From NCBI RefSeq assembly GCF_021028975.2, contig NC_059428.1, positions 148,490,001-148,554,000 on the forward strand: 64,000 bases of DNA. Direction: 5' to 3'. Below are positions 48,610-59,579 of this stretch, piece by piece. The translations under genes and the position numbers were made by a program. Positions within the stretch are counted from its first letter, which is position 1. The number at the start of each line of letters is the position of its first letter. Origin of the DNA: Sphaerodactylus townsendi. Taxonomy: Eukaryota. The notes under the pieces were generated by a model. That model was given only the letters and a program-made list of their open reading frames with translations. It ran no database searches and was not told where the DNA came from.

Positions 48610-51600
48610 TATTGGCTTAACTACTGTGATGTCATGGAAGAGTCAGGGGAAGGTGTCAGTCACAGAATATTGAGAAAATGTGCAGCTTCTGAAAGGAAAA
48701 TCAACAGACCTCTTGGTTAGGAAAAAGACCCCTACTTGTGCAGTTGTAAATTTGAGAAACAGTAATAGTCAAAAGCTGTGTGCCTTTAAAACAACAACAC
48801 AGGGTTTTGTCTCACTTCACAAATAAGGCTAAAGTGACCTCGAAGATGCCATCACCGAGAGAAAGCAAATAAGGAACTGGTGTGGCAAAGTGGAAACAGA
48901 AATAGACCAGGATCCTAAGCAGTATGAGTTTGAATCCCACTTCTTCCACAACACTTGCTGGGTGACCTTGGGCCCATCACAGCCTGGGCCACTCCGCAGG
49001 ATTGTTGTGAGAGAACAGAGAAGAGAAAATAGTGCTCCGACTCCCAACTAGGGGTGGGGGGAGTGGGATACAAATAAATAAATGCAAATGAAACCTGGAA
49101 ACATTCCAGCAGTTGCACAATTTTCCAGGGACCCTTTTTTGGCAAATATAAAAACAATGAATTTGTTCAGCCAAACCCCGCTAGGGTTGATGCAGAGGCC
49201 TCAAAACCTTTTTGCTCCAAATCAAGCTTTGGGTGTCTTATACCTGACTTAAAACCAGCCCCTAAGCCCTACCCCCGAGCAGGGTATGGCCTCAGATTGG
49301 GGACAGCCATTTACTCTAGAAGCAGCTGGACGTAAACCTTTGTTTTGGACAGACACAGCACGTCTGCGTGCCTCCATCTACTGGAAACAAGCCAGCTCCC
49401 TCATCTAACAATCCAGCAGGGTGCATTTGGAAAGGCTATTTACACTCACCTGAATGGCTGCCTCCTCAGCAGGAGGCTGGCTTGAAATGATTACTTTGCT
49501 AGGCAGGAACAGGTAAGTTCCTCTCCTCTGCCATCGTATCCAAGATGCCCGTAAACACCATTTAGGTCTCTCTATTTCCCCCACCAATAAAACAGTCAGT
49601 TCCTGTTTTGCCCACCTGTCCTCTGAGGAATAAAATCTTTTTTTTAATCACTTGCTGATGGTTAAAGGTAAACTTCAGAGTGGGAGAAGAGAAGGTTAAG
49701 GGGTGACATGCTAGCCATGCTTAAATATTTGTAGGGATGTCATGTCGAAGAGGGAGCAAGCTTGTTTTCTGCTGCTCCAGAGACTAGGGCAGTGATGGCG
49801 AACCTTTTCGAGACCGAGTGCCCAAATTGCAACCCAAAACCCACTTATTTATCGCAAAGTGCCAGCACGGCAATTTAACCTGAATGTTGAGGTTTTAGTT
49901 TAGAAAAAACAGGTGGCTCCAAGGCGTGCGTTACTCAGGAGTAAGCTTGGTGGTAGTCGGTGGCTTTGCTTTGAAGCAACTGTGCAACTCTTCCAACGGG
50001 TGAATCACGACCCTAGGAGGGTTTACTCAGAAGCAAGCCCCATTGACAGCAACCGAGCTTACTCCCAGGTAAAGGATCGCGCTTTAGTTCTTAGCATGAA
50101 AATCAGTGGGGTTTAACAGCACTTAACAGGGTTACCTACACTGCTTCCCCAAAACTAGGTCTTAGGTTTAATGCTAATAATCGAGCCCAGCGGCTCAGGC
50201 CAGCCTAGATATGCGTGTGTGTATGTGTAGCAATTTCCCCCCCCCCCACATGATGGGCTCTGAGTGCCACCCCTGGCACCCGTGCCATAGGTTCGCCACC
50301 ACTGGACTAGGGCAAGGAACAATGGATTCAAACTGCAAGAAAAGAGATTCCACCTAAACATTTAGAAGAACTTCCTGACAGCAAGGACTGTTCGACACTG
50401 TCTCGGGGTGTGGTGGAGTCTCCTTCTTTGGAGGTTTTTAAAAATAGGCTGAAAGGCCATCTTTTGATTGTGTATTCCTTCTTGGGCCCTTGTGGTCTCT
50501 TCCAACTCTATGATTCTATGTGGCACTCACATAAAGTTGTGCTGGAAAAATATCAGCTCGGTCTAATTTGCCACAAGATATGTGGGAAGTTCATCGTGTC
50601 TTGTAGGGTGGGGAAGCAACTTGCAAAATGGTCCATGCCCAATTTCATGCACAGAAGCCCTTCCTGTGCAAGAATTTCAGCAGCTGGCCTCAGGCACATG
50701 AGGCAGGAGCGGCAACTCCAGGATGAGAAATTCCTGGGGAATTGGGGGTGGGCAATTGGGAAGTTTGGGAAATGGGGTGAGCTAACAGAGGCGTAGAGCT
50801 GCCATTTCATCCAAGATCTCTGTAGTCAGGATGTAAATTGTTATTTCATGGGGAAGACAAAAGCAGAACCACTCATCTTTCCTGGTCATCCCAGCCTTAG
50901 CCAGTGTACGTCTGAAGCTCAAGCAATCCCTTCTCATCCTGGATGGCCAGGGAAATTGCTGTTAAAATCTTCCCGTCAAAGTTCAGAACTTTGTTTCAGC
51001 CAGAGAGTTCTGTCCTCTGAATCTTTGCCTTCAGGCCAATTCTGAGTCCTCCTGATATATGGCCTGGTATCATTTCTTTCTGAACCCCTGGACTGCTTCA
51101 AGAGGCCCCGGGCCAAGTATTTACCCCTCACCATTCCCTGCCGTCATGGCCCTGGGGCATCTAGACAGACCCCTGGGGTACAGTTCTGCAATTCTAAAAA
51201 CGGGACCCTTTGGCTCTAAATCAGTGGTTCTCAACCTGTGGGTCGCGACCCCTTTGGGGGTTGAATGACCCTTTCACAGGGGTCACCTAAGACTCTCTGC
51301 ATCAGTGTTCTCCATCTGTAAAATGGATAAATGTTAGGGTTGGGGGTCACCACAACAGAAGGAACTGTATGAAAGGGTCACGCCATTAGGAAGGTTGAGA
51401 ACCACTGCTCTAAATCCTCTCTGGAAATTATAATCCAAGCCGAGTTGCTGGTTCTGACTTGGTATAGTGAGAGGAGGTACTCTGTACATGTTCAGCTTCC
51501 TTTCCTGTGCCTCTCAAGTTCAAAAGCAGACACTGAAGGCAGTTTCCGGAGCTTGAGCTTCAGACGTACACTGGCTAAGGCTGGGATTTTCCCCTATTTT

Positions 51601-53713
51601 CAGCCCTTTCTCGGTTGTCCGTTCACCTGGCTGCTCCTGATCTCGGTAGAGATGCAAATTAGAATGCCTGCCTTTAGAAAGCAGGATGTCAAACCCAGAA
51701 GGGGTTGGAGGGCCAAATTTCCCCCCACCCCACAATAGATGCCCCCAAATGTTTCCACCTTTTAAAAAACCCCAGTTCCTTTTGAATTATACATCAACTC
51801 GCTGATTCTAGTTCATTCAGACAAAAATATTTGGGATATTGGATTATTTGACCTCTGCAGCTCTGGAAAGTTCTCTGTTCTGACAGATCAATGGCTGGCA
51901 TCTTGTCCTGGGTACTACCCCAAAGTAAGCACTTGTATGCCTCCAAAAGAGCCATCCCAGGGAGGCTACGCATCCCAGAGGACCCTACAAAAAGCACCCA
52001 GCCCTTAACTCCAATGATGACCTAATCGATCGTATGAAACATGGCAAAGTGCCCTTTGAGGGCCCTGGGAAACACACACACCCCTCCCCGGATTTGCTGA
52101 AGTCTCTGGACCGGACATTCGAGACCCTGATATAACAAAATAAAAACACAGCCTTTTTTCTGAAAGGTTTTTGTCATTTCCCAAATCCGCAAACCCAGTT
52201 CAGCCACACGGATCCTGATTTTGCACCCCCTTCGATTCACCAACACACACATACATGTCCTTTGAATCAGGCCGGTCTCGCCCTCCCGACAAGCAGATCT
52301 GCAAATCGAAGCCGTTCTCTGCACCACCACCACCCCCATCTGGATCCAGGTGCCCACAAATGGTGGAAGCCAGGCATTCAGCAGTTGGCTGGGTCCTCCT
52401 TTTGCCATTCTCAGAACGAGGCTGGCAAAAGGAACAGGTAGAGCCAGAAATCCCCCCCCCCCCGCCCACCATGCAGAAATGGGGAAAAAATGTCTCCTGG
52501 CTTAACCATCTTGGCACATGCAAAGCCTGCTGCTATTTGTTTAAAATTCAGAGAAGCAAATCGCCACAGCGGTTGGAGGAGGGGAGCGAGTGAGAAAACC
52601 CACCACCACCTTCCGTGGCAAACCCAGCCAGAAGCGGAGAGAAGGCCGGGCAACTCCCCGCCTCCACCCCTGATCTCTCCCGAGGCTTGGGGAAGAGGAG
52701 GCAACATAAGAGGGAGAAAAGGATGTCGGTGTTTCAGGAGGGGGAGAAGCTCCTCACACCCTTCCAGATGTGTGGCGGCTGCTGTTGCTGTTGCTGTTGG
52801 CATCCATTTGTCCTCCCCTCCTCCTGGCACAAGCCTTGCCCACATTTTGATGGGAGAAAATAAGAGGGTGGGGGCGGGCGGTCTTGAGGCATTCCTGTGA
52901 CACACTGACAGGTTGGCCAACACCGGGCCAGGAGGCCAAAAATAATAATAATAATAATTGTGTAACCCTGCAAAATATCTAAGGAGGCATCCAATACAGA
53001 CACGTTTGAGTAGATATAGGNNNNNNNNNNNNNNNNNNNNNNNNNNNNNNNNNNNNNNNNNNNNNNNNNNNNNNNNNNNNNNNNNNNNNNNNNNNNNNNN
53101 NNNNNNNNNNNNNNNNNNNNNNNNNNNNNNNNNNNNNNNNNNNNNNNNNNNNNNNNNNNNNNNNNNNNNNNNNNNNNNNNNNNNNNNNNNNNNNNNNNNN
53201 NNNNNNNNNNNNNNNNNNNNNNNNNNNNNNNNNNNNNNNNNNNNNNNNNNNNNNNNNNNNNNNNNNNNNNNNNNNNNNNNNNNNNNNNNNNNNNNNNNNN
53301 NNNNNNNNNNNNNNNNNNNNNNNNNNNNNNNNNNNNNNNNNNNNNNNNNNNNNNNNNNNNNNNNNNNNNNNNNNNNNNNNNNNNNNNNNNNNNNNNNNNN
53401 NNNNNNNNNNNNNNNNNNNNNNNNNNNNNNNNNNNNNNNNNNNNNNNNNNNNNNNNNNNNNNNNNNNNNNNNNNNNNNNNNNNNNNNNNNNNNNNNNNNN
53501 NNNNNNCAGTCCATGGGTGCAGGCTGGCTAGTTGCGCCATGGCAGTGCCCATCTCTGCCCAGGGGAGGGGAGGGAGGGGGAGGGCTGGCGGGCAGGGCGC
53601 CCTGCCCCTCTTACCGCCGAGACGAGGCGCAGGATGGTCTGGGGCCGCCGGAGGAACTCGAGCGGGTCCAGCGCCCCCCCGGCGCGCCCTGCTCCGAAGG
53701 AAGCGCCCTCCAT
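39333..53713 (-). CDS. SYNGR3: Synaptogyrin-3 (MARVEL domain), 4 exons, 229 aa
   Basis: Exons 53713-53615 (GCCACCATGG Kozak; MEGASFGAGRAGGALDP), 42293-42056, 40988-40846 and 39542-39333 (...YQSPPFAETLNTSPKGYQVPAY*). All introns are GT-AG with consistent phases; 690 nt total. Confidence 0.96.
39882..40382 (-). mobile_element. tRNA-derived SINE split by a Penelope-like insertion
   Basis: The two halves join seamlessly across the 12-bp TSD. Confidence 0.8.
39946..40127 (+). mobile_element. Penelope-like fragment inserted into a SINE with a 12-bp target-site duplication
   Basis: AGACTCAAAGGG at 39934-39945 and 40128-40139; CTGAAGA at 40002-40008 and GAAA at 40029-40032. Confidence 0.75.
42360..42643 (+). 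mobile_element. tRNA-derived SINE
   Basis: Same family. Confidence 0.8.
44115..44260 (+). mobile_element. Second family of tRNA-derived SINE (degenerate)
   Basis: GGCTGTAGTTTAGTGG A box, TTGCATGC stem, CCAGGTTGGAACCCCGGC B box, then a non-tRNA body. Confidence 0.5.
44309..44548 (+). mobile_element. tRNA-derived SINE
   Basis: Same family, short subfamily. Confidence 0.75.
45177..45606 (+). mobile_element. CR1 LINE 3' fragment
   Basis: Translates to QRRAAKMVKG..YQERLR.LG..SL.KRRLRGDM..F.YLKG, the CR1 ORF2 C-terminus, and ends in CCATGATTCTAT. Confidence 0.88.
46525..46605 (+). mobile_element. 5S rRNA-derived SINE fragment; another at 45025-45130
   Basis: GAAGCTAAGCAGG..CCTGGTTAGTACTTGGATGGG resembles the 5S internal control region but is too diverged to be a functional 5S gene. 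Confidence 0.55.
46755..47016 (-). mobile_element. tRNA-derived SINE
   Basis: Same family. Confidence 0.8.
49683..50519 (+). mobile_element. CR1 LINE 3' fragment split by a hAT element
   Basis: GAAGAGAAGGTTAAGGGGTGACATG...TTCCAACTCTATGATTCTATG. Confidence 0.8.
49790..50304 (-). mobile_element. Non-autonomous hAT (Charlie group, OC1-like) element inserted in a CR1 fragment
   Basis: TIRs CAGTGATGGCGAACCT / AGGTTCGCCACCACTG and perfect 8-bp TSD GACTAGGG. The OC1 family name is from memory. Confidence 0.8.
51222..51407 (+). mobile_element. SPIN (Space Invader)-like non-autonomous hAT MITE
   Basis: 16-bp TIR CAGTGGTTCTCAACCT and perfect 8-bp TSD CTCTAAAT. Subterminal GTGGGTCGCGACCCCTTTGGGGG and GGTTGGGGGTCACCACAAC match SPIN/URR1 ends as recalled. 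Confidence 0.85.
53021..53506. other. Assembly gap (N run) in SYNGR3 intron 1
   Basis: 486 N. Confidence 1.
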
Positions 53714-54260
53714 GGTGGCTCCTGCAGCAGCTGGGAGCCGCCACCGGCCGCCGCCTGCCCGGGCTGCTGCTGCTGCTGCTGCGGCTGCGGCTGCTGCTGC
53801 CTGCTCGGCCGGCGGCGTCTTGCGCGCAGCCTCGCCGCCGCCGCCGCCGCCGCCGCCTCCTCCTCCTGAGCTGCATCCCAGCTCGGGCGGGTGGGCGCCC
53901 CCCTCTCCTCCGCCGCGCTGGGCTGCGCCGCCGCTTGGGCCAGCCCGGGGAGCAGACGGCACCATCGGAGGGAGAGGGGTGGCGCGGAGTGGGCTGCGCG
54001 GGGCTGGCGCGCTCCTCCGAGGAGGAGGGATCGATGACATGGCCTCGGGGGTCGCCTTTCCACGCGGCACGGCGGGAGGCTCCCCCCACCGAGCGCAGGA
54101 ACAGGGCTGCCCCCCTTCCCCACCTGTTCTTTGCGCGCGTGCTTTCACACCTGCCTCCAGAGGGGCTGGGGTTCCGCCCTCTCGACTGCATCGGCGGCCT
54201 GCTTGCATTGGGGGTGGGGGCAGAAGGGGCTTCCCTTTCGAGGACCTGAAGCAATTCGCG
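53507..54260 (-). promoter_or_regulatory. CpG island over the SYNGR3 promoter and exon 1
   Basis: Dense CpG around the ATG at 53713; contains (CCG)n and (CTG)n tracts. Confidence 0.8.
53762..53868 (-). repeat. Compound trinucleotide repeats upstream of the SYNGR3 ATG
   Basis: Minus strand: (AGG)4(CGG)7CGA at 53867-53832, followed by an interrupted (GCA/GCC)n tract. Confidence 0.9.
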
Positions 54261-56267
54261 GATGCCAAGAGAGAGATGGGAGTGGCCTTGCCAACTTTGG
54301 GTTGGGGGATTCCTGGATATTTGGGAAGGGGAGGGAATGAAATAGGGATGCGATTCCCTAGAGTTGCCCCCCTCCAAAGCAGCCGCCACCCCCCCACCCC
54401 CAGGAAACTGATCTCTGTAGTCTGAAGATGACTTGTAATTCTGGGCGGTCTCCAGGTCTTACCTGGAGGTTGGCATCTCTGCTGGGACAGGTGGGTGGAG
54501 CGCCCAAGGATTATTTGTTCTGTCACACCAAACCTGGAGCCAGCGCTAAATTTAAAGCTGTCAGAGTGACAGATTAGAACTGTGAAGATCCACGTTCCAA
54601 ACAAAAGTAGCATTTCTGGGTAAAGAGGAATTAGCTTGTGTAACTCCCTGCCACAGGATGTCAGGGATCATTAGTTTAAGATAGCTTTCAAGGGGGATTG
54701 GAAACAGTCATGAACGGGGAGGTCCGTTTGTGGCTGAAGGCCATGCTGATCCTACAGAAACTCAGTGTTCGGAGTCAGCAACTGGGGAGGTTAGTTCTAG
54801 ACCTCTAGGGAAAACAGAGCGCGAAATCAAATGCAGGACTACATGGACCACTGGTCCAGGGGCAACCTAGTTTGGAGGACGCACTGAGCTTTTATCTCCC
54901 TGAGATTATGCACAAATCAAGCCCTGTCTGTATCAATACATAATTTTTTAAAAAAACCCTCTCCCTGCAGCTAAAAAAATAGCATCTCAGGGGAAAAACT
55001 TTCAGCATAGCCTTTGCATGTGGAAAGGGGAAATTTGGTGGGGGGACGTAATCCCTTAGCTGCAATCTGAAGGGTTGCATTTTGGCCTCCCACCGTGGGC
55101 CTCAGCCACCTCAGTCCCCCTGCCTGAGTGAATCCAGCCTTGGGTGTCCTGTGATGTAAACTCCTTAGGCAAGCTGATGCCAGCCCCCATGTGGAATACG
55201 GTGATCACACTAGTCTACCTCACAAGGTTGTTGTAACACATGACGATCTCTCCCTGCCCTCAGTGCAACATGAACACCAAGTATTATTATTGTTGTCACT
55301 ATAGAAACCAGCAGAGTTCTGAGAAAACAGGACCACACCCCTTCAAGGGAGGAGAGGAGATAATATTTTCCAAATGCCTCCCCCATATAAAAACACACCA
55401 CACACTAAGTGAAAGCGCACCAGAGACAGAGTTATCCTAGCTTATCTTACCCCCTGCTGGATTAAAATTCTCTTTGGGGGGTTGTTTTCCTAGGGAAATA
55501 TTAAAAACATGATCTCCTTTCAACTTGGAGCAGTGCAGCCTGGTTCACATGTGGCAGCAGAGCCTCAAAGTGGGAAAATAGGCTCTGGACTACAGGCAGA
55601 GGATCCCAATCTTGAATATCGCTTTGCTGCTGACGAAACAACAACAACACACTCTGCAAGCAGAAAGCTAGAATGCCAGGGGAGAAAGAAGGCGGCACAC
55701 AGTTTTACAAAAGGAATCCCCTCCCTTTCAGACTGCAGGCTCGCCTCCGGTTGCCCACCTTCCCCCTCGTGATGCTGGGTTTAATTTGTGTGCCATAGAT
55801 ACAGATGCCATGACAACTATGACATCATTTCCGTGGCCAGGACTGAGAAGCAAAACACGCACAGAGGTTGCACCCAGGGTGACGGTTCCAAGCTCAGTTC
55901 CGTCTCCCCCCACCCCATTGGCCAGACTTGTTTGTGCTTTTGCAATATGCAGTCTCAGCATCACTCACACGCACGCACACACAGAGCCCACAAATGTCAC
56001 ATATTCTAGAAAAACTGACACGCAACACGCTCCTCTGAGGATAAAATGTCTTTTAAAAAATTAGCTGCTCCTTAGCTAGACGGCTCTAGTTGTTGCTCCC
56101 TGAGTGTGAACTGGGCCATAATGGAGGGAGGAGGTTGGAAAATGTCACTCTCAAAGTATATTATGATGCCGTTCACCCACCCACCCCTCTCAATTACAGG
56201 TTAGTCACTGTCCCTCTGTGTCTATTTCTGACTGGCAGTGCGAAAGACGGGATGGAGAGTTTAGTTT

Positions 56268-56483
56268 AATTCATTTATATCCCACTTTTCTCCCCGGTGG
56301 GGACCCAAAACAGTATTTATCATTCTCCTGTCCTCTGTTTTGCCTTCATGACAACCTTGTGAGGTAGGTTAGGTTGAGAGAATGTGATTGGCCCAAGGTC
56401 ACCCAGCGAGCTGCCATAGCACAAGGGGGGATTAGAACCTGGGTCTTCCTGATACTAGTCTGACAACCACTACACTATGCTGG
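56268..56483 (-). mobile_element. Older tRNA-derived SINE; similar copies near 48870-49090, 60290-60520 and 60790-60960
   Basis: CCCAAGGTCACCCAGC core, GAACCTGGGTCT, ACCACTACACTATGCTGGC head. Confidence 0.6.
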
Positions 56484-57875
56484 CACATTTGAATGGATTG
56501 CTGGTTATGGGAAGAATGCCCCTGCCTCTTGCAGGAGCACAGATGGGGTGGAAGTTTCTGTTATTAATTCATTTATTTAAAGCATTTTTGTACAATTTAG
56601 TCAGCACAGTTGCATTGGATGCACCGAATGAAAGAAACTGTGTTTTCTCCCCATGTCGTTAAGCTACAGAATGTGGCCATTTCCAAAGAGTAACAGGGTT
56701 ATAATAATCCCAGATGTGATGTTATTTCTATAGATTGCTGCCACATGAATACACACACGAAAAGACCTTCCTCTTTGGTTCAGAAGTACAGCCTGGCTGC
56801 CTCAAAGAACAGACACCCCAGATCACCCCCCTGACTAAAAACTGACTTCCTCCTATTCTGGGAAAAAGATGCACCAACTAAATAGCCCTCCCAGACTCTG
56901 CAAGGTTTACCTGAGAAGCCGAGATACAAGAGAACAACCTTGACAGGTTGACCTGCTGGTAATAGTCCACCACCAGAAAGAAGTTGCAGGTCAACACTGC
57001 AGGGAGGACATTAGCAGGAACTGTCTTCCACAGACACAGGGTAGGTAGAGAAATTGCAGTGGGAACCCCAGAGGTTAAATGCCGCCAGAGGTCTTCAAGG
57101 CAGAGGCTGCACAGGCATCTGTGCACACTCAGGTGCTGGATTTCCTGCATGGAAGAGCGGGTCAGACTAAATGACCTCAAAGATGCCCTCCAGCTGGAAG
57201 ATCCTTGGTGGTGCTTGGGCCTTTCTGATGGACCACACAACAGCAAGGGTGACTCTTAGCTTACCCGCCCAGCTCACTTGCTTCTGGAGGCTGCGGTGTG
57301 CCCGCTAGCTGCACAACAATGTTGTGGCAGAGAAAAAGTCATGCTTACACTCTCCCTGCCCACACACACAAACCACTTGCCTATCTAAGTACTAACCTGC
57401 TGCCTGTCAGTGGAGATCTGGAGGAAGATGTTATGGGGTGCAAGAGACTGGGTCTTATAGTTTTATTGGTGGAAGCAAGCAAGTTCACATTGAGAGAAAG
57501 CCATTCTGTATAGTTGAAATGTTTATGAATATTCTGCAAGGGCTCAATGGCTCTGCCTGTAGCTAGAGAGGTCTCATTTTACTAAAGGACGTACAGAACT
57601 CGTACAGTCAAAGCAGCAGGATTTTAAAGGTTGCAAGCGGCCTTCAGTTCATTATTTGATTTGTGTTACAAACTGAGACAGCTACTCTTTCCAGCAAAGC
57701 CGTGCTGATAGAGCGCCTTCTTAGTTAAGGGCCCTAAAATATTGTGCAAAGGAGACATGAAGATGGATCTGTTCTCCCCCCCCCCCCCCCCGCCTTAAGG
57801 CTATTGGTGCCTGTAACACAAGCTTTTTCTTTTTTTCTTTTTTTAAAAAAGAGGAAAATAAATGAAATGTTTAAC

Positions 57876-57881
57876 TTTATT
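57876..57881 (-). terminator. Candidate distal polyadenylation signal of GFER
   Basis: Minus-strand AATAAA in AT-rich context 1.7 kb past the stop; another AATAAA at 59566..59561. Confidence 0.4.
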
Positions 57882-59579
57882 GTTTTGTCACCAGACAGGA
57901 ATTAAATACATTTTCAGACACGCTTCATATCTGCCGTCTCATCAAGTGCACTTGAGCAAACAACACCCTTGCCAATAAACTGAAATGCCTTTTATAATTA
58001 AAAAGAAAGCACACAGAGCAGTTCAAAATCATTTGTTTGCATTCACAGCCTTTTGTATCTTTCAGGTTCAGGTGGTTTTAGCAAGAGGCCACACAGAATA
58101 ATCACCTCTGAAGACCCTTAAGTGTAAATAACTTTACCCGGTCCTCTTGTGTCAGGGGAGTTAAAACAGCTCGCAAAATGAATAAATCAGAAGATGTTGC
58201 GGAGGCCAAACACACAGGGGAAATGTCGGAAAATGATCCTAGGGGGTATCAAAGACGACTCCCCAGCTCAGCCACAGGGCTTGCTTGTAATAACTAGAAA
58301 CAGAAAAACTGGATTTCGGGGTGGGGGGGGGGGAGTGTGTCACAAATTTAAAAGCCAGATTAGCGGGACTTTCATCTCTCTTCATTCATGGTTTTCATGT
58401 AGTCGCCTCTTAGAGTCCCATTGCTTGGAACCAAAGTTAACCCCATACCTGAACCACAGCTGTACGGATGATTTGCTAGTATTATGTGGACCAACACTGT
58501 CTCATACTTGCAGCCCAAGATTTTTATCAATCCCCAACTCTTCAGAGGGATATACGACATGGGTGTGGTTCTCTCCTGCTAGCATCTTGCAGTACTGTGG
58601 CCCAGTCATAGCAGAAGGGTTCGCCCAGTCTGGGAGCATGATTATCACCTCTAGGAATCTCTTGCACAGACAGTGAGATCTTTGGCACACATAGGTTCGA
58701 GAACTAATATAACCTTCATGAATTTCCCCTCCTGTTTCAACACAGGTGAGCATATATTACCATAACTTTCCTGGACTTACTTCATGCTCCAGTTAGGATT
58801 CACCCCTGACCAGAGAGAGGGAGAGAGAAATGCAAAGGATAACATCTGAACCGTTGAAATGAGAGACCTGATCCCAGAATGAAATGATTTTATCTTCCGT
58901 CCTTCAGGATTTCAACAAGCAGGAAGATGAATGAAACCCTACAATCCTAGACGTCCTGGCAGCAGCACACTGAGTAACCCATTTTTAAAAAGGTAACACA
59001 TGCCCTTGTCAGGAATCTGAAATGATTCAATTACCAATGTAGAATCTCCAAGAATGTGATTATGAAAAGTGTTCCAGATTTCAAAGAGCAGGGAAGAAAT
59101 GGGCAAGAAGGAAGTCTGTTGATCAGGCGCAAAACAAAAGAAAGGGAAAATACTCAGTCCTATGGGGAAAAAAAGGCATAGATATGGGCATCAAGGCCTT
59201 TGAGAAGATTATTTAGGCCAGAGTAGGGTCTGGAACAGATGGAATAGAATAGAAAGGCTGGGGCCCCCACTCCCCTGCAAGCTTAGAAATTGCCTAGATT
59301 TTTAAGGCAGCATTGAATGGCAATTAAAAAAGATAAAGTTGGGAAACATTCCAACAGCAAGGAGAAAGTTGGGATGAAGACTTCTGATAAAACGACAGGT
59401 ACTCATTGACCACAAGGGGAGACACATCTTGTAGACTCTGCTCCCAGCCTCAGTCACACTGACAACCCCATCCAAAAAAGTACCCTTCCCAGGACTTCTT
59501 GTGTACCTCACTGGTGTGGGTCTTCCTCTTTCTTTCTTTTTTAATTAAAGAGCATTCAATTTTATTTCCAGCAGCGTAT

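Noticed and set aside
52411-54613. Long ORFs of 300-550 aa in the ORF track
   Set aside because: They run through the N gap or reflect stop-poor GC-rich sequence; only 53713-53615 is supported as coding.
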